Shown: positions 16,930 through 34,500 of the stretch, piece by piece
How the letters are laid out: each line of letters opens with the position of its first letter
How positions within the stretch are numbered: position 1 is the first letter of the stretch
Source of the DNA: the human T2T-CHM13v2.0 reference genome, Homo sapiens
Direction: 5' to 3' (one strand)
Length of the DNA: 64,000 nt
Assembly (NCBI RefSeq): GCF_009914755.1
Contig: NC_060930.1
Notes under the pieces: generated by a model
Told to the model about the DNA's origin: nothing
Seen by the model: only the letters and a program-made list of their open reading frames with translations
Database searches by the model: none
Made by a program: the position numbers and the translations under genes

Positions 16930-18140
16930 TGCAATTGCTTGTTTTATATACATCCCAGCTAGCAAATTTTTCATTTAAGTTGTTGTACTTTTCAGGTCTA
17001 TAATTTCCAATTGGGTGTTAGTATAGATTTCATTTCTCTCTTATTTTTAGCATATCATTATTTAATTCTTTGAGCACATTTATCATAGCTGTCTTAATTT
17101 TATTTATTTATTTATTTTTAGCTAAAACCAATGTCAAAAACCAATCAGAGTCAGTTTATACTGAATGCCTCTTATTTTTCCTGGATTTTGTTCACACTTT
17201 TTAATTAATTATATTCCTACCGATTTTTGAAAACTGTTCATCATAGATAAGATATTTCAATATTTCTAAATTTTGTGTTATTCTTCCAAAGGATTTTGAT
17301 TTACTTACTTGCATGGACTTAAACTGCATAACTATCTCCTTTACAGTATACAATCATGTGTGTGTATGTGTGTGTGTGTGTGTGGGTGTGTATGTTTGTG
17401 GGTGTGTATGTATCCCCATTTAGGGCTGTCCCCTGTATAGTTTTGTTTACTAGTCAGCCAATAATTTGAGCTGGGGCTAAGAGTCTATGATCACATATTT
17501 GGGACCTGTAAACCTTCCACTTTCTGCCACCTGAGTTGTACGTGGGTTGCATAATGCATTGCATAGTGCAGCATTAAAGGTGTGGCAAGTTATAAAGTCT
17601 AATTTGAATTTGAACTTTCTGTCTAGTGCTTTGAGGTCTCTTCCTTGTACATGTAGTTTAATAGCAAGCCAGGATTTTGGTGGAGAGTTTATTATGTCAG
17701 TGCTTCTACCTCTCCCTCAATTCCAGGATCTGTCTGCTAAATTTATGCCTAATCTGCCATTGGTCTAAACTGAAAGCAAAGTTTAAACCTATTAACTTGG
17801 AATGTATTTATTTATTTATTTATTTATTTATTGTGTGTGTGTATGTGTGTTTGGCGTGTGTGTGTTTCTGCCTGTTTTGAATCCACCACTTGTAGATAGT
17901 GGACACCACATGCCTCTGATAAAGCTGATTTTTTGCATCCTGAATTAGAGCTGAATAGAAATAAAGATAGCTGGAGACTTACAACCATTACTACCTGATA
18001 GGGAACCAATTTGTAAGAATATGTTTCTCTCAGGTTTTTATCATTGTATTCTGCTTAATGCCTTGAAATGGTTGTTTTTGACATTGTTATCCACTTTTAT
18101 ACATTTCTTCTACAGAAGGAAATTTCTCAACTTTTTCAGG
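16930..18140 (-). mobile_element. Very old L1M/HAL1 5'-region remnant containing (TG)n tracts
   Basis: T-rich degenerate L1-like text (aaatttttcatttaagttgttgtacttttcaggtcta...); TG repeats at 17357-17410. Confidence 0.35.
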
Positions 18141-18228
18141 ATGCCATTACCAAAAATATGTTACCCAGATTGCATTGATATGAAGTTCAGTAAAGCTAAT
18201 ACAACATGAAAGAAATAAAAAATAAAGG

Positions 18229-20083
18229 GTCTCAGTATACAAAATCAATGTGCAAAAATCACAAGCATTCCTATATATCAATAACAGACAAATGGAGAGC
18301 CAAATCATGAGTGAACTCCCATCCACAATTGCTACAAAGAGAATAAAATACCTGGTAATACAACTTACAAGGGTTGTTAAAGAACTCTTCAAGGAGAAGT
18401 ACAAATCACTGCTCAAGGAAATCAGAGAGGACACAAACAAATGGAAAAACATTGCATGCTCATAGATAGAAAGAATTAATTTTGTGAAAATGGCCATACT
18501 GCCCAAAGTAATTTATAGATTCAATGCTATTCCCATCAAGCTACCACTGACCTTCTTCACAGAATTAGAGAAAAACTACTTTAAATTTCATATGGAACCA
18601 AAAAAGAGCCTGCATAGCCAATGCAATCCTAAGCAAAAAGAATAGAGCTGGAGGCATCATACTACCTGACTTCAAACTACACTATAAGGCTACAGTAACC
18701 AAAACAGCATGGTGCTGGTGCCAAAACAGATATATAGGCCAATGGAACAGAATGGACGCCTCAGAAATAATGCCACACATTTACAACCATCTGATCTTTG
18801 ACAAACCTGACAAAAACAAGCAATGGGGAAAGGAGTACCTGTTTAATACATGGTGTTGGGAAAACTGTCTAGCCATATGCAGAAAACTGAAACTGGACCC
18901 CTTCCTTACACCTTATACAAAAATGAACTCGACATGAATTAAAGACTTAAACGTAAGACCTAAAACCATAAGAAAACCTAGGCCATACCATTCAGGACAT
19001 AGGCATGGGCAAAGACTTCATGACTAAAACACCAAAAGCAATGGCAGCAAAAGCCAAAATTGACACAAGCAATCTAATTAAACTAAAGAGCTTCAGCACA
19101 GCAAAAGAAACTATCAGCAGAGTGAACAGGCCACCTACAGAAGAGGAGAAAATTTTTGCAATGTATCCCTCTGATGAAGGGCTAATATCCAGAATCTACG
19201 AGGAACTTACATTCACAAAAAAACAAAACAAAACAAAACAAAAACAGCCCCATCAAAAAGTAGGCGAAGGATATGAACAGACACTTCTCAAAAGAAGACA
19301 TTTATGTGGCCAACAAACATATGAAAAAAAAGCTCATCATCACTGGTCAGTAGAGAAATGCAAATCAAAACCGCAATGAGACACCATCTCACGCCAGTTA
19401 GAATGGCGATCATCAAAAAGTCAGGAAACAACAGATGCTGGAGAGGATGTGGAGAAATAGGAACACCTTTACACTGTTGGTGGGAGTGTAAATTAGTTCA
19501 ACCATTATTGAGGACAATGTGGTGATTCCTCAAGGATCTAGAACCAGAAATACCATTTGACCCAGCAATCCCATTACTGGGTATATACCCAAATATTTAT
19601 AAATCATTCTCCTATAAAGATACTTGCACATTTATGTTTATTGTAGCACTGTTCACAATAGCAAAGACTTGGAACTAACCCAAATGTCCATCAGTGATAG
19701 AATGGATAAAGAAAATGTGGCACATATACACCACAGAATACTATGCAGCCATAAAAAAATGAGTCCACGTCCTCTGCAGGGACATGGATGAAGCTGGAAA
19801 CCATCATTCTCAGTAAACTAACACAGGAACAGAAAACCAAACACTGCATGTTCTTAGTCATAAGTGGGAGTTGAACAATGAGAACACATGGACACAGGGT
19901 GGAGAACATCACACACTGGGGTCTGTCGGGGAGTAGGGGGCTAGGGGAGAAATAGCATTAGGAGAAATACCTAATGTAGATGACGGATTGATGGGTGCAG
20001 CATACCACCATGGCACATGTATACCTATGTAACAAACCTGCACGTTCTGCCCATGTATCCCCAGAACTTAAAGAAAAAAAATA
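18229..20083 (+). mobile_element. L1PA (about PA7-8), 5'-truncated
   Basis: ORF2 C-terminal peptides ([31 protein letters not shown]); 3'UTR with gaaatacctaatgtagatgacgg; A-rich TSD-like aaagaaa..aaaaata. Confidence 0.95.
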
Positions 20084-20221
20084 CTGGTAGTCAAAATGGG
20101 GATTGATCTGAGTAGAAAAGAAATCAAGAAAATTTCCTAGAAAGATGAAAAATTTGTTTATTGTGATAGATACATGAGTTACAAAATTGAATAGCTAAGA
20201 TTTATACATCATAATACATGC

Positions 20222-20713
20222 ATGCAGAATTTATCCTTTCTTAAAGAGAGATCTCATCTTTGTCCTTAATTCCTAGGAGGTCACCTCTGAAACTCTTGGA
20301 ATTTTTAAAGTTGTGGACACTTTGGGTCACACCTTATCAGCCAGACCACCAAGGATGGAGGTGAGGTCTAGAGACTGAGTTCAACCATGTGGAAAATTAG
20401 TCAATCATGCCTCCATAATGAAGGGCCAATCAAATCTTCAGACTTTTTAGCTTGGGTGAGTTCCCTAGGTTGGCAATACTTTTTCCTAATGTCGCACATC
20501 AAAGCCAGACTGTAATGTCTCCCTGACAACAATGGAAGTTTTGCATTTGGAATCTTTCCAGACTCTTCCCTTAGCTGATTTTAGTCTATCCTTTTGTTGT
20601 AATAAACCATAACTTTGAATATAATTGCTCAGTGAGTTCTGTCATTTCTTCTGGCAAATTATTGAGCTTGAGAGTGGTTTTAGAACTTATCGTTACCCTC
20701 TCAAAACTTGCAA
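20222..20713 (+). mobile_element. MER21-type solo LTR
   Basis: gagactgagttcaaccatgtgg...tcaatcatgcct...gcttgggtgagttccctaggttggcaatact...gtaataaaccataac...gtgagttctgt. Confidence 0.7.
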
Positions 20714-21454
20714 AATGCCTCTGAAATTTATCTTAAAAAGTAATAAAGAAACATAACAATCTCGTGGAAGGATGAAGTGTGTATGAAACTAGATAATACA
20801 AAAATGACAGATTGTTGAAGCTACGTAAGGAAAAGATAAGTGCTATTAGTTTTACTTCTATTTTTGTAATTTTACATATGAAAAAGTTAAAAAGTCTCAG
20901 TCTTCATAGTTTTCTCCTTTAGATTAGAAAGATCCAAATGAATACAAGATTTAATTGCACAATAATTTACTTACTCATTCTATGACTTTAAATATAGCAA
21001 TCAGCATTTTGATAGGTAATGACAATAAAGAAAACACTATAAAATTATCATTAGTTGTTTTTTAACTAATTTGTATAAGCTTTATTTTATTATCTAAATC
21101 ATATTTGATATAAGAGTTTTGGTCAATTCACTTCACGTTCTTACTCTGTAGTATTTCTCTGAGCATCTCTAATCAATAAAATCGATTTAAACTTCTTTGA
21201 AGTAGTCAATTTACCATGAATGAACACAAAGGAGTAATCAGATTCTTTAAAATGAAAAATAGAGGTAGAGATAAAAATTCATTCAACAGAAAAATCCTCT
21301 GTCCTTGTGAATAATCATGCCCTATATCACTCACCACCTGGAGATGTCAGTGTACAGGCATCAGCAGTTGTCAAGTGACTGATAATGAGTGAATGGTGCC
21401 TGAAATCTCTTTCCCATTCATTAGATCAACATAGCATATCAATAATATTGTATT

Positions 21455-21640
21455 TAGGGACCAAATTCTAACAACAGTAGGGCATTAGGATCACCTGGGG
21501 AACATTTTCAGAACAGGAATTCTTCAACTTCATTCCATAGGTATTTGGAGGCAAGAGGTCTAGGATGGGAGCCAGGTACATGTTCTTTATAAACCTTCCC
21601 AGGTAATATTGATGTGCATTGCAATTTAAGAACATCTAAC
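21455..21640. mobile_element. MER5-type hAT-Charlie MITE
   Basis: gcattaggatcacctgggga...ggtctaggatgggagccagg...ttcccaggtaatattgatgtgca...tttaagaac. Confidence 0.6.
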
Positions 21641-21971
21641 TTATGGGTTTAGTCTGCATTTGTTGGCTGAGAATTACCTGTGTTCCCATTTTAAAAAATG
21701 TAAAATTAGATCGTTTCTTTCTAATTGCTATATCTGTTTTAAAATAGCATGATTTTCAACTTGTTGATTATATTTTGATGTGTATTAATTGACAATATGG
21801 TTAAATACCTGTTGTTTTTACCATAATTTTCATTTATTATCTTGCATAAATCATCAGAAATACATTGTAACTTGGAATCAATAAATCATTCTGCTCTGTC
21901 ACACACACACAAAATCTTTGCACTTCATTTCTAAAAAAACCCTGCAGTTTCAATTATATCTTTCAAATCTT

Positions 21972-22070
21972 CATGTATACATATGTAACTAACCTGTGCG
22001 TTGTGCACATGTACCCTAAAACATAAAGTATAACAAAAATAAAATTAAAAAATAAAAATAAATTTAAAAA
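21972..22070 (+). mobile_element. Extremely 5'-truncated young L1PA (~60 nt plus A tail)
   Basis: catgtatacatatgtaactaacctg...atgtaccctaaaac.taaagtata; TSD aaatcttc at 21965-21972 and 22071-22078. Confidence 0.9.
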
Positions 22071-22324
22071 AAATCTTCCCTTCTACCATTTCTCAAGTTT
22101 CACTATCCATAGGACTTGCTAGACTAATTGTCTGTCTCATCTGAAGAGAATAGGAATTATAATCTCTGGGATCGAAATGGGAGCTTGTCATACTTCTCAA
22201 CAGCTATTCAATTCATACTTCAAGGGAAGTTTATCTCTTTGTACCTCAGTCAGAAGATAGTCTGCTTTTTTTTTTTAACTCTGGCATTTTCAAGGAGAAA
22301 AATATGCCTTTTGGGATTAGACAC

Positions 22325-22460
22325 TACAGAGTAGAAAGCATTTTGGACAACAAATTCAAAGATCTGCATTCTATCTCTGGTGTTGTCAGCAACTCTGGCA
22401 ACAGGGAAGTCATTTTTTTATTATTCTTTGTTGTCCTCATATGAGTGATGAGAAATGAAT
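22325..22460 (+). mobile_element. MIR remnant
   Basis: agtagaaagcattttggac...agatctgcattcta...gggaagtca...gtcctcatatg. Confidence 0.4.
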
Positions 22461-23639
22461 TATTGGCTATATGAATTTAGATATTTGGTCATGCATGCCA
22501 AGACCAAAGTCTGCTTTTTCATTAATTACTTTGCATCAGCAGATTTCGTCCTAAATAATTCTGATGTAACTTTTGGTGAAGCTGACCAGTAATTGTTCTT
22601 TTATATACAGCAAGTTAGGGTAATCAGATACCTAACCCTTTTATAATCAGAAGGATTTAGACAAGCAAAGGTTCTGAAGTCAAGCTCCCAACAGCCATGT
22701 ACAAAAAAACCAAAGTTATATGATCTTCCTTTTATATTCAAAAGAAACAAGATAAATAAAACGCTATCAACCATGACATATTTTAGGGAGGATATTAGGT
22801 TTGTTATTAATAATTATTTTCAAGTCCCCTTGGATAGCATGTAAGTCCCCAAGGACTGAATGTAGAAAAAAATATTTCACAATAGAAAAAACTAGAAGGC
22901 AAAGATATCGGGGGTGGTGGGGGTAAGGTGTAAGATGTGGAATATGAAGCCAGTAATATGGTAGAAGATGATTTAATTTTCATTATTTAAAAATCTTCAG
23001 AAAATTTAATAAGAGTAAATTTAGTGGGAGGATATATTTGTGAAACCCAGAAAAGGAGCTAACTTCCCAAGCAGAATGATAGTAAAATCAAGAGAATCCC
23101 ATGTAGATCCAGAAGCAGAGAGAGAATGTGAGTAAAATTGAAAAAATTATGTAAAACAATAAAAAGTGTGAGCAGAATTTTATATTCTCTTGGATAATGG
23201 AATTGAGATTTAGGCCTAGTTTAACCAGATCTTTAAGAGACAAGATTAATGATATGTAGGTTATGCAAAATAAACACTTTAAGGGTCTCTATTCTCAGGT
23301 TTCATTATCATGACCCCTCAGAATTCAAATTATTAGTCATCACCACCTGTGAAAAAGGTGGAATCTTGAGTCATAGGATCTATTCCATCCAGAGATTTGT
23401 ACAGATATTTACTTATTACTATCTTTTAAGCCCCTCTGATCTGTGAACTTGTCAGATTCTGTTACCCTACCCTCATCTAACCTTCTTCCTTCCATCTTTA
23501 TGTAACCAATATATGCAGAAACTTTGAGAAATCAACTGATGATGCAGTAGGGAGTGGATTGAGTGGTGACTTCACACAATGGCCTATTATTGTGATGGCT
23601 GATATAAATGTATCTGTCTCAAATATTTTTAATCTATAA

Positions 23640-24310
23640 TTTTTAATTTGTAACCTGTATTTGTTTCTTCTTGTTTAATCACACTGGCTAACATCTTCAA
23701 CTAAATGTTAAATATTATGACAAAAGTCTATGTCTTTATCTTTTTCTTGACTTTATCAGAAAAGTCTCTGTTATTTCCCCAAGTGACATGCTAGAAACTG
23801 CACTAAGTTATGTAAATTTTATTATATTAAAGGAAGATCTATAAATTCCTCTTCTATACATGCTTTAACATAAAGGATAATTGAATTTTGTCAGATTCTA
23901 TTTCTGATATTCATGAAGATAATCATATGATTTAGTACCCCTAAATAGTTTTTCAAATTCCAAATAATTTTAATTGAAGCACTAAGATTATTATGAAACT
24001 TGACCAATAATATAAATTTATATAAACAAAAATATCTTATGAAAAGGGTCATATAGATGCTACAAAAGAATAATAATGAACTGAAACAAATAGGCTCTAG
24101 ATGATGTTGAAATAGATTAAAAGACAGTATAATTAAAGAGATTTCTTAATGAAAGGACTAGGCAAGTCAATGGAATTGAACGTGAAAGTACAAAACCAAA
24201 TTTGAGTCAATTTTTGAATTTGCTATATGATAAAGTTAGTATTTTATCAGTTAATGAAAGATAAATTTTAAAAAATGATGGGGCAACTGGTAAATGTTTA
24301 GAAGAGTATA
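23640..24310. mobile_element. Ancient L1M ORF2 fragments (minus to ~23940, then plus)
   Basis: ttcttcttgtttaatcacactggcta (reverse of the LA..IKQEK region), then A-rich plus-strand ORF2-like sequence ending gggcaactgg. Confidence 0.4.
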
Positions 24311-24919
24311 ATTATTTGGTAATGTACATTTAATAATACTCATACTAATTGTTAATATTTTATACTAATTAATATTTTGCATGCTAATTCTTTGAAAATA
24401 ATGTGTTTTTTTTCAGTAAATTCAGGGAACGGTGGGGGAAAAATCTAGAAAGATAATTAGAGACTAAAAAAGTGCTTCCAGTTTTAGAGCATTAAAGAGT
24501 AAAGTAAGGAAAGTTAACAAAATCTGACATGATATTTAAATTAACACTAAAGTATACAGCTACCTCTGAAAGCTGCCTAGGTGATTAGATTCTGCTCCTT
24601 ATGAGATTAATACAGTAATAGAGAAAAGTATTAGGTTGAGAATAAAGGAGGAAATGAAATGGAGGCAGAACTAAGGTGAATTTTGAAAAAATATGGTGCA
24701 GTAAAATATAAATGAAGTGATGAAGAAATGCAAGTGGAATCTAAACAAATAGCTGAAATGAACAGGAAATCTTTAGGACTTATTGGTTAAGGCAGATATA
24801 TTTTATTGCACCATAATTTAGCTGAAGTCAATGTAAATAAGGTAAATGTTCCTGTACTCATATCGCTTCTCTTGTTCTGCTTGGGAATTAGGACAGACAG
24901 AAAGAGAGCCATCTGGGTT

Positions 24920-25100
24920 TGTGTCACAGTTGTGCCTTTGCTATGGAACAAACTGCTCTAGAAACCTATTTGTTTAAAGTAAGAACTGTTTATTTAACTC
25001 ATGATTCTGTGTATTAGCAATTTGGAATGGGCTCGGCTGAACAGTTCTTTTTGTCTAAGATGCTATCGTTTATATTTCTGTGTCAGCTGCCAGTCTGTTA
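24920..25100 (-). mobile_element. MLT1 LTR fragment
   Basis: tttatttaactcatgattctgtg...aatttggaatgggctcggctgaacagttct. Confidence 0.45.
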
Positions 25101-25266
25101 GGTTCGCATTCGTAAAACATTTTTGAGAGAATATGAGGAGCAGTGTCTATCAGTCTGTCAAGCTGTTATCAATTATCTCCTCTTCTTCCTCCTCATTCAG
25201 TTTTCTTCCTATAGAGACTTCATTTTGTTTTGCTTTGTCTTCATTGGTTAATTTTAATTTTCATAT

Positions 25267-25617
25267 TGTCTTAGATAACTTAGGCTGCTATAAAAAAGGC
25301 CATAGACTTGGTGGCTTAGACAACAAACAATTATTTCTTACAGTTCTGAAGGCTGGTAAATCCAAGGCACTGGCTGATTTGGTTTCTGTAGAGGGCCTTC
25401 TTCCTGGTTTGTACAGGGATACTTTCTTGTGTATCATCACATATTAAAGAGAAAGTATGAAAACTCTCTCATGTCTCTTTGTATAAGGGCACTAATCCCA
25501 GCACGAGTACTGCACTTAAAGCCCTAATTACTTCCCAAAGGCTTCATCTCCAAATACCATCACATTGGGAATTACGATTTCAAAATAAGTTTTCGGGGGC
25601 ACATTCTGTCCATAGTG
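25267..25617 (-). mobile_element. MLT1A-type MaLR solo LTR
   Basis: tgtcttag...ggctgctataa...ccatagacttggtggctta...tatttcttacagttctgaaggctgg...tataagggcactaatccca...cacattctgtccatag. Confidence 0.8.
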
Positions 25618-25844
25618 TGTGTGTTTACTTATTTACTGGGAAGGAGAGTGTGCTTGTTCAGTGTGTCACACTTGAAATTAATTTAAGAAATAAAATTTGA
25701 TTGGTTTCTGTAGTATCTCAGACATCTCTTTGATAATACTACCTTTTAATCAGAGTAACATGAAATAAATATAGCTTTAAAAAGACATTTAGCTTCTGAT
25801 ACTGAACTTCATTCATTTTTCTTAAATGTTTAAGTAATTTCAAT

Positions 25845-27372
25845 GTTTGCTTTTTATACAGGGAATACATGTACAGATTTGCTACATGATATTATGTGAT
25901 GCTGAGGTATACTCTCTAGTAGTCCACAGTGTCTATTGTTCCCACATTTATGTTTTTGTGTGCTCACTGTATAGCTTCCCCTTGTAAGTGAAAACGTGGT
26001 ATTTTGTTTTCTGTTCTGGCATTAATTTGCTTAGGATTGTGGCCTCTAGCTCCATCAATATTGTTTTAAAGGACATGATTTTACATATTTTTGTGGCTGC
26101 ATAGTATTCCATGGTGTACTACATTTTCTTTTTCTAATCCACCATCCAAGGACGTCTAGGTTGATTCTTTGTCTTTGCTATTGTGAATACTGCAGCGATG
26201 AACATACGAGCGTATGTATCCTTTGGTAGAATGATTTATTGTCTTTTAGATATATACTCAGTAATGGGATTGCTGGGTCAAATGGTAGGTCTGTTGTAAG
26301 TTGTTTAAGAAATCTCCAACTGCTTTCCACAGTGGCTGGACTAATTTACATTCCCATCAACCATGCGTAAGTGTTCCTTTTTCTCTGCAGACTCACCAGG
26401 ACCTATTGTTTTTTGACTTTTTTAATAATGGCCATTAACTGATGTGAGATGATATTTCAGTGCAGTTTAGATTTGCATTTCTCAGATGACTAATGATACT
26501 GAGCATTTTTTCGTGTGTTTTTTGGCCACTTGTATGTCTTCTTCTATGTCAAATGCCTGTTCATGTTCTTTTTCTTAATGGGGTTATTTGTTTTTATCTT
26601 GCTGAATTGTTTAAACTTCCTATAAATTCTAAATTCTAGATCTTTGTCAGATGCATTCTTTGATTCTATAGGTTGCCTATTTAATCTGTTGATAGTTTCA
26701 TTTGCTGTGCAGAGGCTCTTTAGTTAGGTCCTATTTGTCTATTTTTGTTTTTGTTGCAATTGCTTTTGGGGACTTAGCCAAAATTATTTGGCAAGACTGA
26801 TATTGAGAAGAGTTATTTCCTAGGTTGTTTTCTAGGATTTGTATAGTTTGAGTTCTTACATTTAAATGTTTAATCCATTTTTAGTTAAGTTTTGTATATG
26901 GTGAAATTTAGAGATCCAGCCTCAGTCTTTTACATATGGCTACCCATTTATCCCAGCACAATCTATTGAATAGAGAGTCCTTTCCTCATTGCTTGTTTTT
27001 GTCAGCCTTGTTGAAAGTCAGATGATTTTAGATGTGCAGCTTTATTTCTGAGTTTATTATTCTGTTTCATTGGTCTATATATCTGTTTTGTATCAGCAAC
27101 AATCTGTTTTGGTCACCGTGGCTTTATAGCATAGTTTGCGGTTGGGTAGTGTGATGCCTGCAGCTTTGTTCTTTTGGCTTATGATTGTTGTAGCTAGTTG
27201 AGCTCGTTTTTGGTTCCATACATATTTTAGAATACCTCTGTATAGAATGATATTGGTAGTTTTGTAGGAATAGCATTGAATTTATAAATTGTTTTGGGCA
27301 GTATGGCCACTTTAACAATATTGATTTTTCCAATCCATATGCATGAAGTGATCTTCCCATGTATTTGTGATG
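25845..27372 (-). mobile_element. L1PA16-like 3' segment (non-inverted part of a twin-primed L1)
   Basis: Reverse L1 3'UTR and ORF2 C-terminus, ending near the WKNIPCSW-coding position. Confidence 0.9.
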
Positions 27373-30432
<3,060 letters not shown>

Positions 30433-31543
30433 GCCACAAACACTGTATAAGTGTTTCCTTTTCTCTGCAGCCTCACTAGCATTCATTGTTTTTTGACATT
30501 TTAATAATAGCCATTCTGAATGATATGAGATGGTATCTCCTTCTGGCTTTGATTTGCATTTTTCTAATGATTAGGGATGTTCAGTATTTTTCCCTATGCT
30601 TGTTGGCTGCATGTATGTCTTCTTTTGAGAAGTGTCTGTCCATGTCCTTTGCTCACTTTTTTTATGGGGTTGTTAGTTTTTGATCATTAATTTGTTTTTG
30701 TTTTATAGATTCCGGATCTTAGACCTTTGTCAGATGCATGGGTTGCAAATATTCTCTCCCATTCTGTGGGTTCTCTGTATGCCCTTGATAGTTTCTTTTG
30801 CTGTGCAGAAGGTCTTCAGTTTAATTAGGTCTTATTTGATAATGTTTGGTTTTGTTGCAATTGCTTTTGGCACCTTTATCATGAAATCTTTGATCCATCC
30901 TATGTCCATAATGATTTCCCCTAGGTTATTTTTCAGGGATTTTTATAGTTTTAGGTTTGAACTTTAGGTCTTTAATCCATCTTGAGTTGAGTTTTATAGA
31001 TGGTGTAAGGAAGGGGTCTTCTGCATATAGATAACCAGTTATCAAAGCACCATTTATTGAACAGGAGATTATTTCCTCATTGCTTGCTTTTGTTGACTTT
31101 GTCAAAGATAAGATGGTTGATGGTTGATGGTGCAGCATTATTTCAACGTTCTCTATTCCGTTGCATTGTTCTATGTGTCTATTTTTGTACTAGCACCATG
31201 CTGTTCTCATTACTGTAGCTTTGTAGTGGCATTTGAAGTCATATAAGATGATGCCTCCAGCTTTGTTTTCTTTGCTTAGGATTGCTTTGGCTTGCCAGGC
31301 TCTTTTTTTTTTTTTTTTTTTTGTTTTTGTTTTTTGTTTTTTTTTTTTTGCTGTTCCATGTGAATTCTAAGACAGCTTTTTTTGTTTGTTTGTTTTCTGA
31401 TTCTGTGAAGAATTTCCTTTACAGTTTAATAGGAATAGCATTGAATCTGTAAATTGCTTTGGGCAGTATGGCCATTTTAACAATATTGAATTTTCCTATC
31501 CATAGCATGTAATATTTTTCCATTTCTGTGTTATCTCTGATTT
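30433..31543 (-). mobile_element. L1PA (about PA13-15) ORF2 C-terminal part lacking its 3'UTR; continues at 36683
   Basis: Reverse ORF2 ([21 protein letters not shown]); ends at atctctgattt, which is repeated at 36683. Confidence 0.9.
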
Positions 31544-34500
31544 TTTTTTCTTTTTTTAAAAATTTCAGTAGGTTTTGGAGGAACAGGTGGTGTTTGGTTA
31601 TATGAATTAGTTCTTTAGTGATGATTTCTGAGATTTTGGTGCACTCATCACCTGAGTAGTATACATGGTACCCAATGTCTAGTCTTTTATCCCTCAGTCC
31701 CCTCTCTTCCACATGTGGCTTGCCAATTATACTAGCACCATTCGTTGAATGGGGTGTCCTTTCCTCAGTTTATGCTTTTGCTTACTTTGTGAAAGATCAG
31801 TTGGCTGTAAGTATTTGGCTTTATTTCTGGTTCTCTATTCTGTTGCACTGGTCTATATGCCTGTATTTATACTGGTACCATGCTGTTTGGGTGACTACGG
31901 CCTTATAGTATAGTTTGAAGTCAGGTAATGAAATGCCTCCAGATTTGTTCTTTTTGTTTAGTCTTGCTTTGGCTATGTGGACTCTTTTTTGGTTCCATAT
32001 GAATTTTAGGATTGCTTTTTTCCAATTCTGTAAAGAATAATGGTGGTATTCTGATGGAATTGCATTGAATCTGTAGATTGTTTTGGCAGTACGATCATTT
32101 TCACAATATCGATTCTACCCTTTCATGACCAGGGGATGTGTTTCCATTTGTTTGTGTCATCTATGATTTCATTTAGCAATGTTTTATAGTTTTTCTTGTA
32201 GAGACCTTTCACCTTCTTGAATAAGTATATCCCTAACTTTGTTTGATTTATCTATCTATTTATTTATTCTTTTATTAATTTTTCAGCTATCATAAAGCAG
32301 TTGAGTTCTTGATTCTCTGCTTGGTCACTGTTGGCATACAGCATAGCTAATGATTTGTGTACATTAATATTGTATCCTGAAACTTTGCTGAATTCATATA
32401 CCAGTTAGAAGCCTTTTGGATGAGTCATTAGGGTTTTCTAGGTATACAGTCATGTCCTCAGCAAACAGTAACAGTTTAACTTCCTCTTTACTGACTCGGA
32501 TGACATTTATTTCTTTTTCTTGTCTGATTGCTTTGGCTAGGACTACCAGTATTATGTCAAATAGAAGTGGTGAAAGTGGGCATCCTTGTCTTGTTCCAGT
32601 TCTCAGGGGAAATGCTTTCAACTTTTCCCACACTTAGTATTATGTTGGCTGTGGGTTTGTCATATATGGCTTTTATTACATTGAGGTATGTCCCTTGTAC
32701 GCCAATTTGGCTGAGGATTTTAATCATGAAAAGATGTGAATTTTGTCAATTTTTTTCTGCATCTATTGAGATGATCATGTGATTTTTGTTTTTAATTCTG
32801 TTTATTTGGTGTATAATGTACATTGATTTGTGGATGCTAAACCATCTCTGCATCCCTGGTATTAGACCCACTTGATCATGGTGGATCACCTTTCTGATAT
32901 GCTGTTGTATTCAGTTAGCTAGTATTTTGTTGATGATTTCTCCAGTATGTTCACCAGTGATATTGGTCTGTAGTTTTTGTTGTTGTTGTTGTTATGCCCT
33001 TTCCTGGTTTTGGTATTATGGTGATTCTGGTTTCATAGAATGATTTAGGGAGGATTTCCTCTTTCTCTATATTTTGGAATAGTGTAAATAGAATTGGAAA
33101 CAATTCTTATTTGAACATCTGATAGAATCCATATGGTTCTGGACTTTTTTTTTTGTAACTTTTTAATTACCGTTATAATCTCACTGCTTGCTATTGTTCT
33201 GTTCTGAGTTTCCGCTTCTTTCTGGTTTAATCTAGGAGGGTTGTATATTCCCAGAAATTTATCCATATCTCTAGGTTTTCTACTTTATGTGTGTAAAGTT
33301 TTCATAGTAGCTTTGAAAGATCTTTTGTATTTCTGTGATAGCAGTTGTGATATCTCCTGTTTTATTTCTAATTGAGCTTATTTGGATCTTCCCTCCTCTT
33401 TTCTTGGTTAATCTTGCTAATGGTCCATCAATTTTATTTATCTTTTCAAAGAACCGGATTTTTTGTTTGTTTGTTTCAAATTCATTTATTTCTGCTCTGA
33501 TTTTGGTTATTTCTTTCCTTCTGCTGGGTCTGGGTTTGTTCTTGTTTCTCTAGCTTCTTCAGGTGTGCCCTTAGATTGTCTATTTGTGCTCTTTCCGACT
33601 TTCTGATGTAGGCATTTAATGGTATGAACTTTCTTCTTAACATGACCTTTGCTGTATCCCAGAGATTTTGATAGATTGTGCCACTATTATTGTTCAGTTC
33701 AAAGATTTTTTTTTAATTTCTATCTTCATTTTATTGTTGATCCAGTGATCATTTAGGAGCACATTATTTAATTTCCATGTATTTTCATGGTTTGGAGCGT
33801 TCACCTTGGAGTTGATTTCCAATTGTATTCCACTGCAGTCTGAGAAAGTATTTGTTATAATTTTGATTTCCTTAAATTTGTTGAGACTTGTTTTGTGGCC
33901 TATCATATGGTCTATCTTCAAGAATGTTCCATATGCTGATGAATAGAATGTATATTCATCCCTTGTTGGGTAGAACGTTCTGTAAATATCCATTAAGTCC
34001 ATTTGTTCTAGGATATAGATTAAGTCCAATGTTTCTTTGTTGACTTTCTGTCTTGATTAGCTGTCTAGTGCTGTCAGTGGAGTATTAAAGTCCTCCAATA
34101 TTGTATTGCTGTCTATCTCATTTCTTAGGTCTGTAGTAATTGTTTTATAAATTTGGGAGCTTTAGTGTTTGGTACCAATATATTTACTATTGTAATATTT
34201 TCCTGTTGGACTAGTCCTTTTATCATTATATAATGTTTCACTTTGTCTTTTTAACTATTGTTTCTTTAAAGTTTGATTTGTCTGATATAAGAACAGCTAC
34301 AATGCTCACTTTTGGTGTCCATTTGCATGGATTATCTTTTTCCACCCCTTCACCTTAAGTTTATGTGAGTCCTTATGTAAGGTGAGTCTCAGGAAGACAG
34401 CAGATACTTGGTTAGTAAATTCCATTTTTCCTCTCTGTATATTTTAAGTGGAGCATTTAGGCCATTTACATTAAATGTTGGTATTGAGATGTGAAGTACT

